DNA from: an uncultured Pseudohongiella sp.
GTDB lineage: Bacteria > Pseudomonadota > Gammaproteobacteria > Pseudomonadales > Pseudohongiellaceae
Length of the DNA stretch: 64,000 bases
Assembly (NCBI GenBank): GCA_902537815.1
Contig: CACBCS010000001.1
Span: forward strand, 19,213-83,212
Direction: 5' to 3'
Shown: one piece after another, positions 48,983 to 58,106 of the stretch
How the letters are laid out: every line of letters starts with the position of its first letter
Position numbering within the stretch: the stretch's first letter is position 1
Notes under the pieces: generated by a model
The model's input: the letters and a program-made list of their open reading frames with translations, nothing else
Databases searched by the model: none
Told to the model about the DNA's origin: nothing
Position numbers and translations under genes: made by a program

Positions 48983-51094
48983 ATGTCGGAAGTTGTGAGT
49001 TATCAGCTAAAGGAAAACATTGGTGTCATTGTGGTAAGCAGCCCACCGGTAAATGCGCTGTCGCAATCTGTGCGTGTAGGAATTCTTGACGCTGTCAATC
49101 AGGCGCAGGAGGACAGCTCAGAGGCAATCGTGCTGCGCTGTGATGGTCGTACCTTCATTGCTGGCGCCGACATCAGTGAGTTCGGTCAGCCGCCAAAGGT
49201 ACCCGGGCTGCCCGAGGTCCTTTCGGCGATAGAAAACTCAAGTAAGCCGGTGATCGCGGCAATTCATGGCACTGCCCTCGGAGGTGGATTTGAAGTTTCT
49301 CTGGCCTGTCACTATCGCTGCGCGATTGCTTCAGCGAAAGTGGGTTTGCCAGAGGTCAAATTGGGTCTTCTTCCGGGTGCTGGCGGAACGCAGCGAGTAC
49401 CCCGGCTTGCGGGTGTCAAGGCAGCCCTGGACATGATAACCGGAGGTAATCCAATTTCTGCCGCCAAGGCCAAAGACATGGGGCTGATTGATGAAGTGCT
49501 GACTGGCGAGGATGTGGAGAGCAGTGCGATCGCCTATGCGCAGGAATCGCAGCGAACAGGTGCGCCTCTGAAACGTGTACGCGACATTACGATCGACCCA
49601 GCCACAGTGGAGGCTGGATTCTTTGATGAAGCCAGAGCCCGGTTGGCAAAACGGGCACGCGGGCAGATCGCGCAAGACCGCATTGTTTCCTGTCTGGAGG
49701 CCGCGGTGAGTCTGCCAATGGATGAAGGTTTGGCAAGAGAGCGTGAATTATTCGGCGAACTGGTGACATCTCCTGAGTCAGCGGCAATGCGCCACATATT
49801 CTTCGCGGAGCGTCTGGCTGCCAAGATCAAGGACCTGCCGAAAGATACGGCCACCAGAGACATCAGGAAAGTGGCTATTATCGGTGGTGGCACAATGGGT
49901 GGAGGCATCGCCATGTGCTTTGCCGGAGCTGGCATACCGGTGGTGCTGGTTGAGGTTGATGACGAGGCGCTGGAGCGTGGTCTTGGCATTATCCGCAAGA
50001 ATTACTCCATAACCGTACAGAAGGGCAAACTCAGCGAAGACAAGATGGAGCAGCTGATCAGCACGATCAGTGGTACGACCAGCTATGACGACATTGCTGA
50101 TGTGGATCTGGTCATTGAGGCAGTGTTTGAAAACCTGGACCTCAAAAAAGAAATCTTCGCGAAACTCGATTCGGTCTGCAAGGCCGGAGCCATTCTTGCA
50201 ACTAACACGTCCTATCAGGATGTCGATGCGATTGCTGCGGCGACGGGTCGGCCTGAGGATGTTGTTGGGATGCATTTCTTTTCCCCTGCCAATGTCATGA
50301 AGCTGCTGGAAGTGGTTCGGGGAGACCGAACCGCAGACGATGCTCTGGCAACGGCCATGGCGATTGGCAAGAAAATCGGCAAAGTGTGTGCGCTGTCAGG
50401 CGTATGCTACGGGTTTATCGGTAATCGGATGCTTGGCGGCTATGGCAGGGAGGCGCAGATGTTGTTGCTTGACGGCTGCCCGCCGGCGCAGGTCGATTCC
50501 GCCCTGGAGAAATTTGGTATGGCGATGGGTCCACTGGCTATGGGCGATCTTGCGGGTCTCGACGTGGGGTACAAAGCAAGACAGGCGCGGACGGATCTGC
50601 CTGATGACCCGAAGCTTTATCGCATGGGCACTTTACTGGTCGAAATGGGGCGCTTTGGCCAGAAAACCGGTTCAGGATTCTATACCTATGATCCCGAGAC
50701 CCGCCGCCGTCAGTCGGATCCCCAAATAGAATCACTGATCAAGACGGAAGCCGCTAAGCTGGACGTTGAGCAACGCGATGTGACAGAGGATGAAATTCTG
50801 GCCCGCTGTTTCTATCCCCTCATCAATGAAGGAGCGAAAATTCTTCAAGAAGGCATTGCGCAACGGCCCAGCGACATCGATGTGGTGTATGTATTTGGCT
50901 ATGCCTTTCCGGTCGCCAAAGGTGGGCCGATGTTCTACGCAGACCAGGTTGGTCTGAAAAATGTGTATGACAAAATTTGCGAGTTTCGTGACCGCTACGG
51001 TGAGCAGTACTGGCAACCCGCACCGCTGCTTGAACAGCTGGCAAAAGAAGGTAAGACTTTTGCTGAATGGGACAGAGAAAGGAGTCTGGCGTAA
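48983..51094 (+). CDS. bifunctional enoyl-CoA hydratase / 3-hydroxyacyl-CoA dehydrogenase (FadB/FadJ-like)
   Basis: 703 aa. Crotonase N-terminus (AAIHGTALGGGFE) and HACD Rossmann fold (VAIIGGGTMGGGIA). Confidence 0.9.
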   Translation: MSEVVSYQLKENIGVIVVSSPPVNALSQSVRVGILDAVNQAQEDSSEAIVLRCDGRTFIAGADISEFGQPPKVPGLPEVLSAIENSSKPVIAAIHGTALGGGFEVSLACHYRCAIASAKVGLPEVKLGLLPGAGGTQRVPRLAGVKAALDMITGGNPISAAKAKDMGLIDEVLTGEDVESSAIAYAQESQRTGAPLKRVRDITIDPATVEAGFFDEARARLAKRARGQIAQDRIVSCLEAAVSLPMDEGLARERELFGELVTSPESAAMRHIFFAERLAAKIKDLPKDTATRDIRKVAIIGGGTMGGGIAMCFAGAGIPVVLVEVDDEALERGLGIIRKNYSITVQKGKLSEDKMEQLISTISGTTSYDDIADVDLVIEAVFENLDLKKEIFAKLDSVCKAGAILATNTSYQDVDAIAAATGRPEDVVGMHFFSPANVMKLLEVVRGDRTADDALATAMAIGKKIGKVCALSGVCYGFIGNRMLGGYGREAQMLLLDGCPPAQVDSALEKFGMAMGPLAMGDLAGLDVGYKARQARTDLPDDPKLYRMGTLLVEMGRFGQKTGSGFYTYDPETRRRQSDPQIESLIKTEAAKLDVEQRDVTEDEILARCFYPLINEGAKILQEGIAQRPSDIDVVYVFGYAFPVAKGGPMFYADQVGLKNVYDKICEFRDRYGEQYWQPAPLLEQLAKEGKTFAEWDRERSLA

Positions 51095-52131
51095 TGCTGT
51101 CGTATCAAACCGGAGCGCCGGGTACCCCGTTACTTGAGGTTGAATCAGAAACCCCTGCACCCACCGGGACAGAGGTGCTGATAAAGACTGTTGCTTGTGG
51201 AGTCTGCCATTCAGATATTCACCTCCATGACGGCAGATTCGAACTTGGTGGAGGCAAGGTGCTGAATGTTGGCCGTGAAGGGCATGTGCTTGGGCATGAA
51301 ATTTTCGGGGAAGTGGTCGCAGTCGGACCGGATGCGCAGGACGCTGCTGTGGGGGACCGCCGGGTCGTCTACCCATGGATAGGCTGCGGTGAATGCGCGG
51401 TGTGTCAGCGTGGTGAGGAGCACCTGTGTACCCCGGGTCGGGCTCTGGGCATTGTGGCTGCAGGTGGTTTCGCCACACATGTGCTGATACCCCACAGTCG
51501 CTACTTGTTCGACAAAGGAGCGGTGCCGGACGCGTTGGCAGCCACCTATGCCTGTTCAGGGCTGACAGCCTATGGCGCGATCAAAAAGCTGGGCAAGCTG
51601 AACCCGGCAGACGAGGTGGTCATCATCGGTGCCGGGGGCGTCGGGATGATGGCGATTCAGATAGCCAGGGCGTTGGGAATTGATCCGATTGTCGTTGACA
51701 TTGACCCAGCGAAACTTGAAGCAGCCCAACGACTGGGTGTGACGCGCACCTACGACTCATCAGATATAGATTCTGCGAAAACAATTCGAAAGGCGAACGG
51801 CGGGGTTTATGCTGCGCTGGATTTTGTCGGTGCAGAATCCAGTGTTAATTATGGGCTCGCTACGCTGCGCAAAGGAGGCATGCTGCTTGTCGTCGGTCTG
51901 TTTGGCGGTGCACTGAGCTTGCCTATCCCTTTTCTGCCAATGAACGCCCGGGTGATTCAGGGCAGCTATGTGGGCAGTCCTGAGGACATGGCGGAGCTGA
52001 TGATGATGGTGCGTGAGGGCAAGATAGCGCCCATCGACATCCAGGAGCGTCCGCTCTCCGAGGCCAGTTTTGCCCTGGCAGACTTAAAACAAGGTAAAGT
52101 GAAAGGCCGGCAGGTTCTGATAGTAGACTGA
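51094..52131 (+). CDS. zinc-dependent alcohol dehydrogenase family protein
   Basis: GVCHSD, GHE and CGECAVC zinc sites, plus GAGGVG. ATG overlaps the upstream TAA by 1 nt. Confidence 0.85.
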   Translation: MLSYQTGAPGTPLLEVESETPAPTGTEVLIKTVACGVCHSDIHLHDGRFELGGGKVLNVGREGHVLGHEIFGEVVAVGPDAQDAAVGDRRVVYPWIGCGECAVCQRGEEHLCTPGRALGIVAAGGFATHVLIPHSRYLFDKGAVPDALAATYACSGLTAYGAIKKLGKLNPADEVVIIGAGGVGMMAIQIARALGIDPIVVDIDPAKLEAAQRLGVTRTYDSSDIDSAKTIRKANGGVYAALDFVGAESSVNYGLATLRKGGMLLVVGLFGGALSLPIPFLPMNARVIQGSYVGSPEDMAELMMMVREGKIAPIDIQERPLSEASFALADLKQGKVKGRQVLIVD

Positions 52132-52154
52132 ATGTTCCAAAAAGGAGAAAAGCA

Positions 52155-53384
52155 TTGCTAGCATTAGAGCAATTCCGGGATTCAACCCGTGTCTGGCTGG
52201 AGGAGAACTGTCCTCCCAGTATGCGTACCCCCATGGTGCCGGAAGAAATTGTGTGGGGCGGTCGTAATGCGGACTTTACCAATCCCGAAAGCAAGCTCTG
52301 GCTGGACAGGATGGCCGAGAAAGGCTGGACCTGCCCAACCTGGCCTGCCGAGTACGGTGGCGGAGGTCTGAGTAGCGAAGAGGCGAAAATACTCGCTGAA
52401 GAGTTGGCGCGCATCAATGCGCGCATCGCCTTGACCAGTTTTGGCATCAGCATGCTTGGACCAGTACTGCTGGAATACGGCACTCACGAGCAGAAAATGG
52501 AGCATATTCCCAAAATAATCCGCGGTGAGATCCGCTGGTGCCAGGGATACTCGGAACCAGGTTCCGGTTCAGATCTGGCCAGTCTGGGTACCAAAGCGAC
52601 TCTTGAGGGCGATGAGTACGTTGTTAACGGCTCAAAAGTCTGGACTTCCTATGCGGATAAAGCCGACTGGATATTTTGTCTGGTTCGAACGGATTTTGAG
52701 GTCCCCAAGCATTCCGGCATCAGTTTTCTGCTGTTCGACATGAAGAGTGAAGGGGTCAGCACGAAACCGATTCAGCTCATCAGTGGCTCCTCTCCATTCT
52801 GTGAAACGTTCTTTGATGACGTGCGGGTGCCGGCCGCGAATCTGATGGGCAGGCTGAATGAAGGCTGGTCCATTGCCAAGCGTCTGCTACAGCACGAGAG
52901 AACCATGATTTCCGGATTCGGGCTGGCCAGCGGGCAGGGCGATCGCGGCGGAACCACTTCCACGACTGCGAGTCTGGAGGGGGCTGCCATGCATTACAGA
53001 GAGGATAAGGATCGCCTCACTGATCCTGCTCTGCGTGATCAGATTGCTCAATTTAAGATTGACAGTGAAGCCTTTGCGCTAACTTCGCAGCGTTCCAGCG
53101 AAGAGAGTAAGCAGGGTGGGCCGAATGCGACTTCCTCTATGCTAAAATATTACGGCTGTGAGCTCAATAAGCGACGGTACGAGCTTTTCCTTAAGGCAAT
53201 GGGGAGCCAGGGGCTTGGCTGGGAAGGAGACGAGTTTGAGGCAGAAGAGCTGCAGGTTACCCGTGAGTGGTTGCGCTCCAAAGCCAATTCTATCGAGGGC
53301 GGGACGGCTGAAGTCCAGCTGAACATTGTGGCTAAACGTGTTCTCGGGCTGCCGGACATGATGAGTCTCGCCGGTAAGAAATAG
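52155..53384 (+). CDS. acyl-CoA dehydrogenase family protein (pair 2, first subunit)
   Basis: 409 aa, paralogous to 39560..40759 (KGW..PTWP.EYGG, YSEPGSGSD). The C-terminus SIEGGTAEVQ retains the Glu. Confidence 0.85.
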   Translation: MLALEQFRDSTRVWLEENCPPSMRTPMVPEEIVWGGRNADFTNPESKLWLDRMAEKGWTCPTWPAEYGGGGLSSEEAKILAEELARINARIALTSFGISMLGPVLLEYGTHEQKMEHIPKIIRGEIRWCQGYSEPGSGSDLASLGTKATLEGDEYVVNGSKVWTSYADKADWIFCLVRTDFEVPKHSGISFLLFDMKSEGVSTKPIQLISGSSPFCETFFDDVRVPAANLMGRLNEGWSIAKRLLQHERTMISGFGLASGQGDRGGTTSTTASLEGAAMHYREDKDRLTDPALRDQIAQFKIDSEAFALTSQRSSEESKQGGPNATSSMLKYYGCELNKRRYELFLKAMGSQGLGWEGDEFEAEELQVTREWLRSKANSIEGGTAEVQLNIVAKRVLGLPDMMSLAGKK

Positions 53385-53391
53385 GAATAAA

Positions 53392-54546
53392 GTGGTTATG
53401 GCGATGGTATTGAGTGAAGACCAACAGCTGCTCAGAGATTCAGCCAGGAGTTTCTGTCAGGACAACGCACCGATCTCAGTGATGCGTCGCCTCAGAGACG
53501 GGAAATCAGAGCTTGGCTACGACGAAGCCATCTGGCAGCAAATGATCGAGCTTGGATGGCCGGGAATGGCAATTGCTGAAAAGTATGGAGGCTTTGAATT
53601 TGGCTACACCGGACTCGGTCTGGTTCTGGAAGAAACCGGCCGTACCCTTGCCAGTTCACCTCTTATAGCTTCGGTTCTTTTGGGTGCCAGTCTGTTGTCT
53701 GAAGCGGGTGATGAAGAGAAAAAGTCCCAGCTCCTCCCTCAAATTGTTAATGGTAAACTGCGTCTGGCTGTCGGTGTTGATGAGGGACCGCATCACAATC
53801 CGTCGCGAGTCGCATGCACAGCGATAAAGCAAGGCGCCGAATATGTGCTCACCGGAGCGAAAAGCTTTGTCCTTGACGGCCACATTGCAGGCAAACTGAT
53901 TGTTGCTGCGCGTACATCCGGTGAACCGGGCTCAGAGAACGGAATCAGCCTGTTTTTGCTGGAAGCGGGCTGTCAGGGCCTGCAGATTCAGAGAACCCAA
54001 ATGGTAGACAGTCGCAATGCGGCCAATCTGGTGCTGGATCAGGTCCGGATCTCTGAAGATTCTCTGCTCGGTTCGGAAGGAGCGGGATTTACGGCTTTGG
54101 ATGCTGCGCTGGATATTGCGCGTATCGGGGTTGCCTCAGAGATGCTTGGCAGTGTGCAGGAGGTTTTCCAGCGCATTGTTGAGTATCTGAAACAGCGGGA
54201 GCAGTTCGGCGTGCAGATCGGTGCGTTTCAGGCGCTGCAGCATCGGGCGGCTGAGATGTACAGTGAGATTGAACTCTGTAAATCGGCAGTTCTCGGCGCT
54301 TTGCGATGTCTGGACAATTCTTCGGCTACCGCGAAAGACCGTGCCCGCATGGCCAGTCTCGCGAAAGCGAAACTGAGTGAAGTCTCAGAAAGAGTCAGCA
54401 ACGAAGGGATTCAGATGCATGGCGGCATCGGAATGACCGATGAATTTGATATCGGTTTTTTTCTGAAGCGGGCAAGAGTGGCACAGCAGTTTCTGGGTGA
54501 CGCCTCCTTCCATCGCGACCGTTACGCAACGCTGCATAATTTCTGA
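53392..54546 (+). CDS. acyl-CoA dehydrogenase family protein (pair 2, second subunit, degenerate C-terminal motif)
   Basis: 384 aa with ACAD fold (IQMHGGIGMTDE). C-terminus QQFLGDASFHRD lacks the YEGT Glu. Confidence 0.85.
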   Translation: MVMAMVLSEDQQLLRDSARSFCQDNAPISVMRRLRDGKSELGYDEAIWQQMIELGWPGMAIAEKYGGFEFGYTGLGLVLEETGRTLASSPLIASVLLGASLLSEAGDEEKKSQLLPQIVNGKLRLAVGVDEGPHHNPSRVACTAIKQGAEYVLTGAKSFVLDGHIAGKLIVAARTSGEPGSENGISLFLLEAGCQGLQIQRTQMVDSRNAANLVLDQVRISEDSLLGSEGAGFTALDAALDIARIGVASEMLGSVQEVFQRIVEYLKQREQFGVQIGAFQALQHRAAEMYSEIELCKSAVLGALRCLDNSSATAKDRARMASLAKAKLSEVSERVSNEGIQMHGGIGMTDEFDIGFFLKRARVAQQFLGDASFHRDRYATLHNF

Positions 54547-54868
54547 ATGCAGAATCCGGAGACGGTCTGCGTCAATGCCTGAGTCTTGTGACGCACTGCA
54601 GTTCTTATCGCGCAATGCTGCAGACGCGCGGCGCCGATGCTGAAGTGGTGTGGGAGCAGCAGACTGGTGCCGTACTAACGCTTCTGTGGATTCCGTTTAA
54701 GACTTGCCTTGCGATAAAGCCCGCTCAGTCCGGAGATTCAGGTAAGCTGCGCGATATTAAGATGACTTGTCTCACGTCGCGCCCGGGGCCTGTCCAGTAT
54801 GCCTTGTGGCCGTCGTGAATACTTCTCTGTGCAGGTCTGACTGATTTCAGACCCTAAAAGGTTGCTCA

Positions 54869-55555
54869 ATGTTACTTGCCGGTTTTGCGGCCGTTATTGC
54901 GGTGCTCATTTACCTGCCTTCTTTCTGGGTTCGCCGCGTCATGGGCTTATACGGGGGCGACAGTGTCGCTATCCGGGGTACGGGCGCAGAGCTGGCGCGG
55001 CACTTGATTGATCGATTTCAGCTCAAGGGTATCACTGTGGAGGAGTGCCCTCCGTTTAAAGATCACTTTGATCCCGAGGGGCCGGCGGTCAGACTGAGCC
55101 CGCAAAATTATCAGGGAAAATCTCTGACAGCTGTGGCAGTAGCGGCACATGAAGTGGGCCATGCGATTCAGTTTTATCGGCAAGAGCAGATCTTTCAGCT
55201 GCGTAGGAAATATCTGCCAGTGGCTTCGGCTCTGAATCGATGCGGAATTCTGATCATGTGGCTCATTCCTTTTGTCGGGATATTGCTGCGCCCCCCCGGG
55301 GCTCTGGCAATCATGGTTGGTCTGTCGCTATGCCTGCAGTTAGGGGGTGCCATGGCCTACCTGATCATCTTGCCAGAAGAATGGGACGCCAGTTTCAATA
55401 AAGCTCTGCCGATTCTGATTGAAGGGGATTACATCGAACAAACGGATATCCCGGCGGTCAGACGGATACTAAAAGCGGCGGCGTTGACCTACTTTTCAGC
55501 CGCTCTGGCCAATATTCTGAATATCAGTCGGTGGTTGCTGCTGTTTCGCAGATAG
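54869..55555 (+). CDS. membrane zinc metallopeptidase (Zn_peptidase_2/YugP-like)
   Basis: 228 aa. HEVGHAIQ motif, N-terminal TM and two C-terminal TM helices. Confidence 0.75.
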   Translation: MLLAGFAAVIAVLIYLPSFWVRRVMGLYGGDSVAIRGTGAELARHLIDRFQLKGITVEECPPFKDHFDPEGPAVRLSPQNYQGKSLTAVAVAAHEVGHAIQFYRQEQIFQLRRKYLPVASALNRCGILIMWLIPFVGILLRPPGALAIMVGLSLCLQLGGAMAYLIILPEEWDASFNKALPILIEGDYIEQTDIPAVRRILKAAALTYFSAALANILNISRWLLLFRR

Positions 55556-55586
55556 TCTGCCGGCGTCAGCGCCGTGGGAAGGGTTT

Positions 55587-56177
55587 ATGGAAGTGGTAAA
55601 AAAAGTCTGTGTATATTGCGGTTCCGGGTCCGGGGCAGGGGAGGCGTATCTGAAGGGTGCGCGCGAGCTGGGTGAGGAGCTGTTGAGACGGGAAATTGAA
55701 CTCGTCTATGGCGGTGCCAGTATCGGGCTGATGGGAGAGTTGGCGAATACGGTTTTACATGGCGGCGGAAAGGTGACGGGGGTCATGCCAGTCGGTCTGT
55801 TTCGCCGTGAGGTGCCACATCGTGATTTAACGGAGATGATTGAGGTGAGCACCATGCATGAGCGCAAAGCCATTATGGCAGATCTGGCCGATGCTTTTAT
55901 TGCGCTGCCCGGTGGTCTCGGAACCGCTGAAGAGTTATTTGAAATACTGACCTGGTCACAGCTGAAAATTCACAGTAAGCCCTGTGGCATTCTCAACACT
56001 GCCGGATATTACGATAAATTGTCAGAATTTCTGACCCATGCGGTTGATCAGCAATTCATCCGGACGCAGCATGAATCGATGATAGCCTGGTCTGACTCGC
56101 CGGCCGGATTGCTGGATAAATTTGCGCACTACAGCCCCCCGACGGAAACCAAGTGGTTGAATCTGGACCGTGGATAG
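55587..56177 (+). CDS. LOG family (TIGR00730) nucleotide phosphoribohydrolase
   Basis: 196 aa. VYCGS start, and GGASIGLMG and PGGLGTAEE motifs. Confidence 0.85.
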   Translation: MEVVKKVCVYCGSGSGAGEAYLKGARELGEELLRREIELVYGGASIGLMGELANTVLHGGGKVTGVMPVGLFRREVPHRDLTEMIEVSTMHERKAIMADLADAFIALPGGLGTAEELFEILTWSQLKIHSKPCGILNTAGYYDKLSEFLTHAVDQQFIRTQHESMIAWSDSPAGLLDKFAHYSPPTETKWLNLDRG

Positions 56178-56240
56178 TCAAAGTCACATAAGGTGCGGGC
56201 CTTTGAGTCTGCAAAATGAACATGATCTGCTGGAGGACAC

Positions 56241-56612
56241 ATGGACGACTCTTTGAATGTGTATGACGAGCCGCTGATTCCCTGTGGGACAGATCCGGTC
56301 ACGGGCTACTACCGCGATGGGTGCTGCAATACAGGCGCCGGAGATCACGGCTCCCATACGGTCTGTGTCGAAGTGACACAGGAATTCCTGGAATTTTCCC
56401 GCTCGCGGGGCAATGACCTGATGACGCCGGCCCCGCAATTCGGTTTTGCTGGTTTGTCTCCCGGTGACAACTGGTGCCTGTGTGCCGCGCGCTGGCTCGA
56501 GGCCTGTCACAACGGCAAGGCGCCGAAAGTGTATCTGACGAGGACGCACAAACGGGCACTCGAGATCGTCCCTTTGGAAAAACTGAAGCAGCATGCTGCC
56601 GATATCAATTGA
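56241..56612 (+). CDS. DUF2237 family protein
   Basis: 123 aa. PVTGYYRDGCCNTG...GSHTVC block. Confidence 0.75.
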   Translation: MDDSLNVYDEPLIPCGTDPVTGYYRDGCCNTGAGDHGSHTVCVEVTQEFLEFSRSRGNDLMTPAPQFGFAGLSPGDNWCLCAARWLEACHNGKAPKVYLTRTHKRALEIVPLEKLKQHAADIN

Positions 56613-56701
56613 GTAAGGTGCAGGATTGTCTCAACGCGGCGCGGTCCGCTTTGGGTATCCGGCCGGGGCAAGCTCAGTCTGATAAGAGGACAAACTGACT
56701 A

Positions 56702-57252
56702 ATGAATGTTGCTGATTTATTCAGAGCGTTTCTTAGCCTTCGTATGCCTGTGGCCGCACTGAGCTGGGTGCTTTTCTCCTGGATTTTCAGCAGCGGCAAA
56801 ATTGGCCGTGGCGAGAAAAGGGCAGCATTCAAGAAGCAGGTAAAAAAACTCAGACCTCTGGATGGTCTGCGGGGAAAACAGGACGCAAACTGGTTTTTGA
56901 TAAGTGGGTTAAATCTGGCACCGGCTTTTATGGTCTGGCTGGTCTCTGGACATTAGTCGTCATTGAGGCCGGTGAATTGCTGGATTTTCTGGCCGACCCG
57001 GGTCGGTTCGCGAGTATGGATGAGGGCGGGATAGCGGCCTTCATTCTGGGGATTGTCGTTAACCAGCTGATGAATGTCATTCAGGCAATGATCTGGTGGA
57101 GTTACTGGCCTGCAGATTCTTTGCTGGTCTGGGTGTCGGTGGCTTATGTCAGCTTCTGGTCAGGTGTTGAGTTGGCTAAGCGCTCGAAGGCACAATCGGT
57201 CAGCGAAGTTCTGACCCGTATCCGGGATAAAAACACCCCAAAGAGCGAATAA
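56702..57252 (+). pseudogene. small membrane protein apparently split by a frameshift (ORFs 56702..56956 and 56977..57252)
   Basis: The frame of the second ORF is open back to 56737 without any ATG/GTG/TTG, and it encodes a TM-like block KWVKSGTGFYGLAGLWTLVVIE. The first ORF supplies an ATG and an N-terminal TM. An A7 run lies at about 56842-56848 in the overlap. Confidence 0.4.
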
Positions 57253-57272
57253 CCGAACAGCCTGACTGCGGG

Positions 57273-58073
57273 TCAGTGTACGTCCAGCCCTTCAGTCAGT
57301 TCGATTCGAACGCCACCGGGATCGGTAAAAAAAGCGATCGCTAATCCTAGTGCTTCAATCTCACGATAAGGCACCTCGAACTGGATGCCCTTGGCTTCAA
57401 GTTGCTGGCAAAATTCCCGGAGGTTCTCAATTTCGAAGCCGATGTGATCGATAGCGGTTCCGAGAGTGGGTTGTCTTGGGGCACTGGCATTACCAAAACT
57501 CAGATTGGTGCCCGGCACGTTTGTTGTCGTGGCGATTGTGCCCCGTGGACGGATTTCCAGATCAAAAATTTCCACATACCAGTCCAGCAGACTTTCATAG
57601 TCCTGCGTGAAGTAGTGGATGTGATAGCCGGTGAATTCTTCATGCAGGCCCTGGTCCTCCTGAAGTTCGACATAGACACCGTCCGGTAGTGTGACATAGG
57701 CGTTGGTCTGACCTTCGGCACCGGTGAATACCCGACCCATTTCCAGCCCTGCTGATTCCCATTTATCGATGAACTGTTGGATATTGCGTACTTTGAAACC
57801 AAAATGGTCCATCACCGTTTCACGCGAGCCCATGGTGGGCGTCTGCTCGGCAAACATCACAATCAGATTCGGGAATTTTACGGCGCGCAGGGGTCCGATA
57901 CTGATTTCTTCTCCGCCAAAATGCTCTGTCCAAATCTCAATATGCTGTGCAATATCCGATACATTGAGATGCATATGGCCATAGGTAATGCCGGAGCCAT
58001 TGGGAGTTGCCAGTTGCGCATGAGCGATCTGGCTGCATAGAGTAAACAGTAAAGCTGAAAGCAGTGTTCTCAA
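57273..58073 (-). CDS. secreted two-domain VOC (glyoxalase/bleomycin-resistance/dioxygenase) family protein
   Basis: 266 aa. Signal peptide and duplicated HM/HI..V.DI....F modules. Confidence 0.7.
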   Translation of the reverse strand: MRTLLSALLFTLCSQIAHAQLATPNGSGITYGHMHLNVSDIAQHIEIWTEHFGGEEISIGPLRAVKFPNLIVMFAEQTPTMGSRETVMDHFGFKVRNIQQFIDKWESAGLEMGRVFTGAEGQTNAYVTLPDGVYVELQEDQGLHEEFTGYHIHYFTQDYESLLDWYVEIFDLEIRPRGTIATTTNVPGTNLSFGNASAPRQPTLGTAIDHIGFEIENLREFCQQLEAKGIQFEVPYREIEALGLAIAFFTDPGGVRIELTEGLDVH

Positions 58074-58106
58074 GGTTTTGTTCTCCTTAACGGGTCGACG
58101 AGAGCA

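Noticed and set aside
50732-51478. 248-aa minus-strand ORF antisense to the FadB-like and ADH genes
   Set aside because: It is Pro/Arg/His-rich and spans a gene junction. Both sense genes carry unambiguous enzyme motifs, so this is a shadow ORF.
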